Under the pieces are notes generated by a model. It had not been told where the DNA came from. It was given only the letters and a program-made list of their open reading frames with translations, and did not search any database. Positions 17,533-26,427 of a stretch of 32,000 nt of DNA are shown in pieces. Each line of letters opens with the position of its first letter. Position 1 is the stretch's first letter. The translations under genes and the position numbers were made by a program. The stretch comes from Candidatus Saccharimonadota bacterium. GTDB lineage: Bacteria; Patescibacteriota; Gracilibacteria; UBA4473. The stretch covers positions 570,001-602,000 of the forward strand of contig OY781871.1 in NCBI GenBank assembly GCA_963677105.1, given 5' to 3'.

Positions 17533-18018
17533 TACTTTGGAAATATCAATCGAAACAACACTATTGTGTACGGAAATAATTGCTCCATTAAGAGATCGTA
17601 CAGAATCAACATTTATTTCTTGAAGTGTTAATTCAGCAAGAATCCAAAATGTTTTTTTATGAATGTTTAGATTTGGCCAATTATTTGTTGGTTCGCCAAA
17701 TGCGTGAGCCAGTTGTGTAGAGAGAGGAGTTGTTCCGAAAACGGTTATTTCTCCAGAAAACATATCTGGCATTCCGGCACTTTCAGAATATTGTACATAT
17801 TTTTGTTGCTGTGTTGTTTGAGGAACAGAATTTCGAGTAACAGATTTCACTTCCTCAACAATAGGTTCTACTTCTTCGACAGGTTCAGTTAATTCTTCCA
17901 CGACAACAGGAGAAACAGGACCTTCTGTAGTTAGTTTCGGAAAAAATTTGTGTGATACCCAAACGAGCAATCCTACAATTATAAATATTTTTATAAACCC
18001 CCAAATAATTCGTTTCAT
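17320..18018 (-). CDS. Hypothetical membrane-anchored protein (N-terminal TM, acidic Pro/Glu/Val linker)
   Basis: 232 aa with an ATG start. TM segment IIWGFIKIFIIVGLLVWV, then PVVVEELTEPVEEVEPIVEEV. The 3' end position is uncertain because of the overlap with the gpsA-like ORF. Confidence 0.5.
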   Translation of the reverse strand: MKRIIWGFIKIFIIVGLLVWVSHKFFPKLTTEGPVSPVVVEELTEPVEEVEPIVEEVKSVTRNSVPQTTQQQKYVQYSESAGMPDMFSGEITVFGTTPLSTQLAHAFGEPTNNWPNLNIHKKTFWILAELTLQEINVDSVRSLNGAIISVHNSVVSIDISKVSTVSIQSPVVSRIPQFIVPSLNTEDVSRPFPAKKTFRRMSARSWQQVLEVKTPGRSVQKRKILNKPIPNF

Positions 18019-18092
18019 ACTTTAAAATCAAAAATGTAAAGTCTTTGTACGGCAATTTTTAGTCAATGTCAAGTTACTCGTTTTGTTTTCAG

Positions 18093-18101
18093 TGTTACAA
18101 T
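18093..18101 (+). promoter_or_regulatory. Extended -10 TGtTACAAT, 6 nt upstream of the DUF192 ATG (leaderless-type)
   Basis: agTGtTACAATctgtatATG. Confidence 0.4.
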
Positions 18102-18107
18102 CTGTAT

Positions 18108-18527
18108 ATGAAATCGTATGGAATAGCGTTTCTGATATTCATTCTTGTGACAGGTTGTACCGTCGTTAAAGAAGAAGAAATAGTTGTGAAAGTTGGTGAA
18201 GATAGTTTTTCATGTGAAGTAGCATCAACGTTAGAAGAACGAGCAACCGGGCTAATGTTTCGAGAAAAACTAGAGACAAAGACAGGAATGTTATTTGATC
18301 TCGAAGAACAAGTAGTCACAGGGTTTTGGATGAAAAATACGTTCATTCCACTCGATATTGTGTGGATTGATGAAGAAAAAGAAGTGATTGGAATAAAAAC
18401 AGCTCAGCCGTGCACGACAGAAGTATGTGAAACTTTTGATATAGAACGTCCTGCGCGCTGGGTTTTGGAAGTAAATGCGGGAGAATTTGCAGGAAAAATT
18501 GGCGACAAAGTTGAATTTGATCTGTAA
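18108..18527 (+). CDS. DUF192 (COG1430) family lipoprotein
   Basis: MKSYGIAFLIFILVTGC is a signal peptide with a lipobox. GLMFRE..GMLF..FWMKNTFIPLDIVWID is the DUF192 signature. The upstream ATG at 18066 would add a non-signal extension. Confidence 0.8.
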   Translation: MKSYGIAFLIFILVTGCTVVKEEEIVVKVGEDSFSCEVASTLEERATGLMFREKLETKTGMLFDLEEQVVTGFWMKNTFIPLDIVWIDEEKEVIGIKTAQPCTTEVCETFDIERPARWVLEVNAGEFAGKIGDKVEFDL

Positions 18528-18546
18528 TTCCGATACAAATCGCACG

Positions 18547-19524
18547 ATGAATTCTTTATTTCAAGACTTAAAACGACCAATTCTTGCGCTCGCTCCGATG
18601 GCGGGATATACGGAAAGTCCGTTTCGATCCCTTGTAAAAGAAATTGAGCCAAGCACGCTTTTGATTTCAGAATTATTATCGGCAAAAGCGTTTCAGTTTG
18701 GAGATCCTAAAACAAGAAGAATGGCGTTTTTTTCTGCAACAGAACGACCATTTGGGATTCAGCTTTTTGGTTCTGATCCGGAAACATTTGTTGCAGCAAG
18801 TGCAGTTGTGGAAGAATTAGAGGCAGACTTTATTGATTTAAATTTTGGTTGTCCCAGTCCTAAAATAATTAATTCTGGAAACGGTTCTGCGTTGCTTCGT
18901 AATCCAGTTGCAAGTGCAAAAATGATTGAGAAACTCGTGAAATCAACGAAATTACCGGTAACAGTAAAAATGAGATTGGGATTTTATGATGATGCACAAT
19001 TTCAGCAAACGTGTGTTGATTTTCAAAATGCAGGGATTCAAATGCTTTCGGTACACGGAAGAACGACGCAACAGAAATTTTCTGGAACGGCAAATTGGGA
19101 TTCTATTTATGAAGTGAAAGAAAAACTTTCTATTCCTGTTCTTGGAAATGGAGATGTTTGTTCGGCAGAAGAGGCTGTCGAAAAATTAAAAAATCTGGAT
19201 GGAATAATGATCGGTCGTGCCGCAGTAAAAAATCCTTGGATTTTTGCACAAATGCGTGCTCTATTTGAAGGGAAAAATGCTCCTAAAATGCCAACATTAA
19301 AAGAGCAACTTTGTTTTTTCGAAAAACAGGCAACACTTGCTACAGAACAAAAAGGGGAGCGATTTGCACTTATGGAATTACGAAAACATTTAGCGCAATT
19401 TGTGCGAGGAATAGATGGCGCAGCGCGATTTCGTGATCGTTTAATTCGCGTCGAAACGCTTGATGGATTATTCGAAATTTTTGACGAAATTCGTTCTACA
19501 AAGCAAACTGCAGAAAATGGCTGA
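18547..19524 (+). CDS. dus: tRNA-dihydrouridine synthase
   Basis: LAPMAGYTESPFR, IDLNFGCP, VTVKMRLG, SVHGRT and GNGD are the Dus TIM-barrel motifs. The ATG at 18547 gives MNSLFQDLKRPI. Confidence 0.9.
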   Translation: MNSLFQDLKRPILALAPMAGYTESPFRSLVKEIEPSTLLISELLSAKAFQFGDPKTRRMAFFSATERPFGIQLFGSDPETFVAASAVVEELEADFIDLNFGCPSPKIINSGNGSALLRNPVASAKMIEKLVKSTKLPVTVKMRLGFYDDAQFQQTCVDFQNAGIQMLSVHGRTTQQKFSGTANWDSIYEVKEKLSIPVLGNGDVCSAEEAVEKLKNLDGIMIGRAAVKNPWIFAQMRALFEGKNAPKMPTLKEQLCFFEKQATLATEQKGERFALMELRKHLAQFVRGIDGAARFRDRLIRVETLDGLFEIFDEIRSTKQTAENG

Positions 19525-20125
19525 ATACGATGCGTTTGCGGAAAACTTTTCTCAGACGAGACAGGCTGGATGGCCAGAGTTTGAATTATTGCGTCCATTT
19601 CTAAAAAAGGGGAAACGCGTGCTAGATTTAGGGTGTGGAAATGCAAGATTGCGAGATTTTTTAACAAAATGTGGTATTGAAAAAGGTGCATATTTTGGTC
19701 TTGATGTAAGTGAAGAATTACTCAAAATTGCACGTGAAAAAAATTCTGAAGATCATTTTTTTCATGGAAGTTTTTCTGAAAAATTTCTGTTTGGCGCGGA
19801 TCAATTTGATGTTATAACAGCGATTGCGAGTTTTCATCACTTATTACGAAAACAGGAACAACGACAGTTTTTTACAGAAGTGTTTCGTGTTATAAAGCCG
19901 AATGGAATTCTCTTTCTTACTACGTGGAAATTGCCACAGAAATATTTTTGGAAAAATTTAGGAAAGAAGAATTGGAATATTCCATTTGGAAAAGAGAAAC
20001 ATCCACGAACGTATCGCAAAACTTCAGCAAAAGAGCTCATCCATCTGGCAAAAAAATCAGGATTTACGGTGAAATCTTGCACTCTTTTTCGTGATAAAAA
20101 TTTCGTACTTATTGCTCAAAAATGA
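19517..20125 (+). CDS. Class I SAM-dependent methyltransferase, Trm9/ALKBH8-like signature
   Basis: YDAFAENFSQTRQAGWPEF, then VLDLGCGNARL (motif I), IASFHHL and ILFLTTW. It overlaps the dus stop by 8 nt and the xthA start by 4 nt. Confidence 0.75.
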   Translation: MAEYDAFAENFSQTRQAGWPEFELLRPFLKKGKRVLDLGCGNARLRDFLTKCGIEKGAYFGLDVSEELLKIAREKNSEDHFFHGSFSEKFLFGADQFDVITAIASFHHLLRKQEQRQFFTEVFRVIKPNGILFLTTWKLPQKYFWKNLGKKNWNIPFGKEKHPRTYRKTSAKELIHLAKKSGFTVKSCTLFRDKNFVLIAQK

Positions 20126-20910
20126 AAATAATTTCTTGGAATGTAAATGGGATTCGAGCCGTAGAAAGAAAGGGAAATTTGGAAGAACTTTTGTTAAAAA
20201 ACGATCCGGATATTTTTCTCATTCAAGAAATAAAAGCGAAACCAGAACAATTGGAAAGTTTCGTTAAGAAATACGATCAATATGAGCAATTTTATCATTC
20301 CGCAGAAAAACCTGGATATGCGGGGACAGCAGTTTGGGTAAAGAAAAACTACAAATTACAAACTTCAAACTTCAAATTTGGGACAGGAATGCCGAATTTT
20401 AACGATACAGAAGGTCGCATTTCTCGGATAAGTTTTGACGATAAAGAAATATTAGGAGTTTATTTTCCAAACGGAGGGAAATCTCCTGAAGCGTGGAACG
20501 GAAAACTGGAGTTTTATGAAAAATTTCTTTCATTTATCAATCAGCTTCGAGCGGAAGGGAAAACAGTTATTTTTGCTGGAGATGTAAATTGTGCGCACGA
20601 AGAAATTGATCTTGCGCGTCCCAAAGACAATGAAGGAAAAATCGGATTTCATCCGCAAGAACGTGCGTGGTTAAGCACTTGGATTAAAAATGGGTGGAAA
20701 GACGTCTGGCGTGAAAAAAATCCGGAAGTTCAAGACATTTATTCTTGGTGGCACGTTATTACGCGTGCACGAGAAAGAAATGTTGGATGGAGAATTGATT
20801 ACTTTTTCATGGATGAAAAAAATCTCCTACAAGTGCAGGAGATTCAGTATTTAACTTCTCAAATGGGATCAGATCATTGTCCCGTTTTATTCATCGGCAT
20901 CGACGCCTGA
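20122..20910 (+). CDS. xthA: Exodeoxyribonuclease III (AP endonuclease)
   Basis: 262 aa. MKIISWNVNGIRA, LIQEIK, GDVNCAH and SDHCPV. Confidence 0.93.
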   Translation: MKIISWNVNGIRAVERKGNLEELLLKNDPDIFLIQEIKAKPEQLESFVKKYDQYEQFYHSAEKPGYAGTAVWVKKNYKLQTSNFKFGTGMPNFNDTEGRISRISFDDKEILGVYFPNGGKSPEAWNGKLEFYEKFLSFINQLRAEGKTVIFAGDVNCAHEEIDLARPKDNEGKIGFHPQERAWLSTWIKNGWKDVWREKNPEVQDIYSWWHVITRARERNVGWRIDYFFMDEKNLLQVQEIQYLTSQMGSDHCPVLFIGIDA

Positions 20911-22047
20911 TGAAAAGTCGACGTCCCAATCACCCAATATCTGTTTCAATTTATCAGAGAATGCACCAAAAGCTAATTTGAAATCCCTAGAAAAAGCTCT
21001 TTCGTCGTATGTAAAGAGTTGTTCCAAATAATTTTTTTCAACTACTTTTTCAATGTTTCCAAATTCAGGATGGAGAATTAAAGAAATTCTTTTGTTCACA
21101 TAATCAACTAAAAGTTTTGTTCTATCTATAACGATTGTAGTTCGTGTATGTGCAGCATTAACAATATCTTGTTGACTAGGAGATTTATCTACATTTCCCA
21201 ATCTATGAGTTGGGAAAACAATTTGTTGTACAGAATCTTTCCTGGCTGTCGTTGATACATTGTATCTATTTGGAAAATCAATTTTATCTGCCAGAATTAT
21301 ATTTCTTGAAATTCTTCTTCGTTCTGCAGGCTCTCCCGAAACAATTTCTGCAGTTCCATGTTCGCGAATAGCTGTAATTATGTCATTTTTCCATTTTTTA
21401 ATAATGTTTTCTTTGCCAAGTAATTTAGGAATTTCTTCTTTCCCATGAAGAAGGAGTTTTGGATGTAAAAATAAACGAATACGTTCCTGTCCTTCTTCGA
21501 AAACCCAGCTTAAAACTCGTTCAGCTTCTTTTGCGCTTAACGCAGGATGATTGTCATATGTTTTTTTTGTCGAATTATTTAAAAAGTGACGAAATTCGGC
21601 ACTTTCACGAGGTAAACAACCAAAATATCCAACATCATGAAGTAGTGCAGCAATTGAGTGGCGTAAAGAATCTGTGATAAATGATAAATCATTAAAATTT
21701 TCCTCTTCGAAATTTTCTTGGGAATTATTGAGAAAATCTGTCCAACAGAAAAATACAGCATTTGCCATCACTTGTTCGACGTGTGTTTTATCATGCTTAT
21801 TAACTCCAGCATATTGTGCGAGTTTATTCACTCGGTACATTGTCTGTTCTAGCGACATATTTCCATTTCCCTTATTTTCCCAGAGAGATTTCTTATTTAA
21901 TAAAAAATTATAAATCCATTCTAGTATTTGTTCTCGTACTTCATCGTTTAGTTCAAGAGGTTCTTCTCTTTGGAATTGTTCTTTTAATTTCCAAAAAATA
22001 GGAGGAAAGACTTCATTTTTTCGGGGGTTTTCGTTAAAATTTTCCAT
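20887..22047 (-). CDS. HD-domain phosphohydrolase-like protein (divergent)
   Basis: H..HD..H..D pattern: KTHVEQVMANA, SIAALLHDVGY, NHPALS, REHGT and LADKID. The ORF-track start at 22098 is a TTG, and the ATG at 22047 gives MENFNEN. It overlaps the xthA 3' end by 24 nt. Confidence 0.6.
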   Translation of the reverse strand: MENFNENPRKNEVFPPIFWKLKEQFQREEPLELNDEVREQILEWIYNFLLNKKSLWENKGNGNMSLEQTMYRVNKLAQYAGVNKHDKTHVEQVMANAVFFCWTDFLNNSQENFEEENFNDLSFITDSLRHSIAALLHDVGYFGCLPRESAEFRHFLNNSTKKTYDNHPALSAKEAERVLSWVFEEGQERIRLFLHPKLLLHGKEEIPKLLGKENIIKKWKNDIITAIREHGTAEIVSGEPAERRRISRNIILADKIDFPNRYNVSTTARKDSVQQIVFPTHRLGNVDKSPSQQDIVNAAHTRTTIVIDRTKLLVDYVNKRISLILHPEFGNIEKVVEKNYLEQLFTYDERAFSRDFKLAFGAFSDKLKQILGDWDVDFSSGVDADE

Positions 22048-22139
22048 GAAAAATTTATTTACTAAAGCCTTATTAACACAAATATTCCACTTTAGCAAGT
22101 GATTTGTTTTTTAAAATAAGTTTTAGAAAAACCTTGATA

Positions 22140-23243
22140 TTACACATTAAATTTGAAATGCATCACATCTCCATCTTGAACGATGTACGTTTTTCCTTCC
22201 ATTCGCATTTTCCCTGCTTCTTTCGCACCAGATTCTCCGTTGTGAGAAATATAATCTTCATAAGCAATTACATCTGCCTTGATAAATCCTTTTTCAAAAT
22301 CAGTGTGAATTTCTCCGGCTGCTTGTGGAGCGGTTGCGCCTTTTCGAATGGTCCATGCGCGGACTTCTTTTACTCCAGCCGTGAAATAACTCTGCAAGCC
22401 CAGTAAATCAAAACTTTTTTGAATCAAAGATTCGAGTCCCGACTTATCTGTTCCCAATTCTTCTAAAAACATTTGGCGATCTGCTGGCTCTAATTCGCCG
22501 AGTTCTGCTTCAGTTTTCGCACAAATTGGAACGACTGGTACGTAATTAAATTTTCCACTCAATTTCTCACGGAAAACGGATTCATCCCAATTCACAAAAT
22601 TTTCTTCGGAAGTATTTGCTACAATCAAGAATTTTTTCGTCGTTAATAAATGTAATTGTTTCAATAATATCTTTTCGTCTTCTTCTAATTCTGATTCAAT
22701 TGTACTTGCTAAGTTTCCAGTCTCTAAAATTGGTTTTATTCGTTCTAAGATGGCATATTCTATTTTAGATTCCTTGTCGCCTGAGCGCGCTTTTTTCTGC
22801 ACACGATCCAATTGTTTTCCGACGGATTCTAAATCTGCAAGAATTAATTCAGTCAAAATTACTTCAAAATCTTCTGCTGGATTTACTCGAGCAGAAACAT
22901 GGTGAACGTTCGTGTCATCAAAATCACGAAGAACGTGTGCGATTGCCTGACATTCACGAATATGTGAGAGAAACTTATTTCCCAATCCCTCTCCTTTTGA
23001 TGCTCCTTCAACTAATCCAGCAATATCAACAAACTCAACCGTTGAGTGGAGAATTTTTTCTGGAGAAACTATTTTTGCGAGATTTTCTAGACGTGAATCA
23101 GGAACTGTTACGATTCCAATATTTGGATCAATCGTACAAAAGGGGAAATTCTCTGCTGCTGCGTTTTTGGCTCCAGTAAGAGCATTAAAAAGTGTAGACT
23201 TTCCAACATTCGGGAGACCGACAATTCCAATTTTTAAATTCAT
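22140..23243 (-). CDS. ychF: Redox-regulated/ribosome-binding ATPase YchF
   Basis: IGIVGLPNVGKSTLFNALT, DIAGLV and a C-terminal TGS-like region ending MHFKFNV. The ATG at 23243 gives MNLKIGIVG. Confidence 0.95.
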   Translation of the reverse strand: MNLKIGIVGLPNVGKSTLFNALTGAKNAAAENFPFCTIDPNIGIVTVPDSRLENLAKIVSPEKILHSTVEFVDIAGLVEGASKGEGLGNKFLSHIRECQAIAHVLRDFDDTNVHHVSARVNPAEDFEVILTELILADLESVGKQLDRVQKKARSGDKESKIEYAILERIKPILETGNLASTIESELEEDEKILLKQLHLLTTKKFLIVANTSEENFVNWDESVFREKLSGKFNYVPVVPICAKTEAELGELEPADRQMFLEELGTDKSGLESLIQKSFDLLGLQSYFTAGVKEVRAWTIRKGATAPQAAGEIHTDFEKGFIKADVIAYEDYISHNGESGAKEAGKMRMEGKTYIVQDGDVMHFKFNV

Positions 23244-23251
23244 TTGTGGCG

Positions 23252-23279
23252 AGTGTACTTTCTTACAACATTTTTTCAA
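23252..23279 (-). promoter_or_regulatory. Putative ychF promoter: TTGAAA-16-TACACT, with the -10 ending 8 nt from the ATG
   Basis: On the - strand: TTGAAAaaatgttgtaagaaagTACACTcgccacaaATG. Confidence 0.4.
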
Positions 23280-23335
23280 CTCTTCCGCAATACGATTTTT
23301 TTGACGAAAAAATGTGTTCGTAATAAGGTATTTGT

Positions 23336-23513
23336 GTACTGGAGTGTACGTGGTTTTCGAAGATCTTTTTCCTCTTCATATTTTCTAGGGAATTCTGATC
23401 AGCTTCGCTTTTGGGTGTTGCGAAAGATATCCCACCTGCAAAAACGCAGGAAACGATTTACTTCGAAAGCTACGACATGCTGGTAAAAACCGACTCATAA
23501 GAGGCGGTTTTTT
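23336..23513 (+). ncRNA. Candidate structured small RNA (~178 nt) of unknown class. A 6S-like closing-stem/bubble architecture is one hypothesis.
   Basis: Promoter TTGACG(23301..23306)-17-TAAGGT. A 24-bp long-range helix (23337..23362 with 23461..23485) contains 5 G.U pairs that form only on the + strand. A terminator hairpin at 23486..23511 is followed by a T-run. No + strand CDS lies downstream. Confidence 0.35.
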
Positions 23514-23522
23514 ATTATATAT

Positions 23523-23548
23523 AAAAAAATCTCCCGAAGGAGATTTTT
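23523..23548 (-). terminator. Intrinsic terminator after the DUF5684 gene
   Basis: On the - strand: aaaaatctcc-ttcg-ggagattttttt. Confidence 0.75.
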
Positions 23549-23567
23549 AAAATTTTAATATTAATAC

Positions 23568-23936
23568 TTAAGCAGCTTGTTCATATGTAGATTTTCCGAA
23601 AGCTAAAACTGGAAAAAAGATTATTGGAAAAAACAAAAGTCCAATTGTGAATCCGACCCCGTGACCAAACTTTTTAGAAAAATTGTGTGTAAAAATAATA
23701 CTAAAGATGATATTTATCACAGGAATTAGCAATAATAGAAAATTCCAATAACTTTTTTTAATAATTTTTAAGAAAATAAAGCCATTATAAATTGGAATAA
23801 TTGCTTCCCACCATTTTTGTCCAGCTTTTACATATAATTTACAGGCAGCAATAAGCATGAAAATTCCTAATATTAGCATTAAGGGAGTTAATACTGAAAT
23901 GGCTGAGACAACGAGAGACATCATATCGAGTTCCAT
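23568..23936 (-). CDS. DUF5684-like multi-pass membrane protein
   Basis: 122 aa. AGQKWWEAIIPIYNGFIFLKII..WNFLLLLIPVINIIFSII..FGHGVGFTIGLLFFPIIFFPVLAFG matches the pattern I recall for DUF5684. Confidence 0.7.
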   Translation of the reverse strand: MELDMMSLVVSAISVLTPLMLILGIFMLIAACKLYVKAGQKWWEAIIPIYNGFIFLKIIKKSYWNFLLLLIPVINIIFSIIFTHNFSKKFGHGVGFTIGLLFFPIIFFPVLAFGKSTYEQAA

Positions 23937-23967
23937 GTAATTTAGTGATTAAAAAAATACATAAAAA

Positions 23968-23996
23968 ATATTATCACATATTAATAGTATTTACAA
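23968..23996 (-). promoter_or_regulatory. Putative promoter of the DUF5684 gene: TTGTAA-17-TAATAT
   Basis: On the - strand: TTGTAAatactattaatatgtgaTAATAT. This leaves a leader of about 25 nt with no SD. Confidence 0.45.
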
Positions 23997-24023
23997 AAAG
24001 AGGGAGCATTCGCTTCCTCTTTT
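23996..24023 (-). terminator. Hairpin terminator downstream of the 16S transcription unit
   Basis: On the - strand: aaaagaggaagc-gaat-gctccctctttt, a 12-bp stem with one mismatch and a T-run. Confidence 0.55.
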
Positions 24024-24050
24024 ATAGAAAATAAATATTTTCAGATACAA

Positions 24051-24076
24051 AAAAACTCTTTTTCACTTCGGACGCA
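24051..24076 (-). repeat. 3' arm of the pre-16S processing helix (inverted repeat of 25775..25800)
   Basis: The trailer UGCGUCCGAAGUGAAAAAGAGUUUUU pairs over 26 bp (2 G.U) with the leader arm. Confidence 0.75.
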
Positions 24077-24159
24077 GCGACCATGGGATAGTTACACATT
24101 AAGAATCAACTTTAACTTAATGCTTGTGAACAAGAATGTTCACCCCATTTTGCCATTGA

Positions 24160-25645
<1,486 letters not shown>

Positions 25646-25774
25646 GAGAATGATTTGGCCAGAGTTAACTCTGGTTATAAATTCAGGATTTTTCGAAATC
25701 CTGTAAAAAAATTTCACATTGAAATTGACGTTGATTTTGCTTTTTTGTTTCGAAGATCAAATATCTTCGATAGT

Positions 25775-25800
25775 TGCGTCCGAAATGAAAAAGAGCTTTT
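25775..25800 (-). repeat. 5' arm of the pre-16S processing helix
   Basis: The leader AAAAGCUCUUUUUCAUUUCGGACGCA is complementary to 24051..24076. The two non-Watson-Crick positions are G.U only in the - strand transcript. Confidence 0.75.
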
Positions 25801-25828
25801 ACCGTCATTTATGTTAGACAGCTGGGCG

Positions 25829-25856
25829 AGTCTATCTATGATTCTGGAAACGTCAA
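25829..25856 (-). promoter_or_regulatory. Putative 16S rRNA promoter: TTGACG-16-TAGACT with an upstream A-rich tract
   Basis: On the - strand: cccgaaaaaaatcTTGACGtttccagaatcatagaTAGACTcgcc. It lies about 22 nt upstream of the processing-stem arm. Confidence 0.5.
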
Positions 25857-25950
25857 GATTTTTTTCGGGTTTTTTGTGTACTACCGTTAAAGGCACTGAT
25901 TCGCTGATAATAGGTGATATGTAATGATAAAAATAAGTTGATTTTAATTT

Positions 25951-26424
25951 ATGACAAAAAAGAGTATTTTTCCGGTATCACAATTTGCCCACAAGGCAGC
26001 AAACAATTATGATTTCTTCGTGTATTTTGAATTATTTTTGACTGCGGCATTAATCCTCTTACTTGTGATCGTAGTTATTGCGACACGAGGGAATAAAAAA
26101 CTTTTACAAGAAACTTTTCAGAAAGTAGAACGCGATATTAATAATACAAAAAATTTAGATCCAGCTCATGCAATATTGGAAGCACATAAAATATTTGTGT
26201 TTACACTTGCTTCTCTTGTGCCAGAAAAACGAAGGAAGACAATTCGTGCAGCAGAAACAATAAAAAAATTTGCGGGGAAATTTCCTAATGCCCATCACGT
26301 CTGGAAGTCTCATCGATTACGAAATCGCATTGCACATGAACCGGATATTAATGTGACGCCAACACATGCAGATTTGGCGCGTCGCGATTTTATTCGAGCA
26401 CTTCGTTCGGTTTCTAAGAAATAA
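25951..26424 (+). CDS. Membrane-anchored protein with a C-terminal HEPN-like Rx4H motif
   Basis: 157 aa. TM segment FFVYFELFLTAALILLLVIVVIA, then a helical domain ending in WKSHRLRNRIAHEP (R124-x4-H129). Confidence 0.55.
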   Translation: MTKKSIFPVSQFAHKAANNYDFFVYFELFLTAALILLLVIVVIATRGNKKLLQETFQKVERDINNTKNLDPAHAILEAHKIFVFTLASLVPEKRRKTIRAAETIKKFAGKFPNAHHVWKSHRLRNRIAHEPDINVTPTHADLARRDFIRALRSVSKK

Positions 26425-26427
26425 TTA

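Noticed and set aside
23244-23486. 80-aa + strand ORF (MWRVYFLTTFF...) in the ychF/DUF5684 spacer.
   Set aside because: It starts inside the ychF promoter and start region, is basic and low in complexity, and coincides with the long-range helix of the candidate sRNA. An RNA interpretation is preferred.
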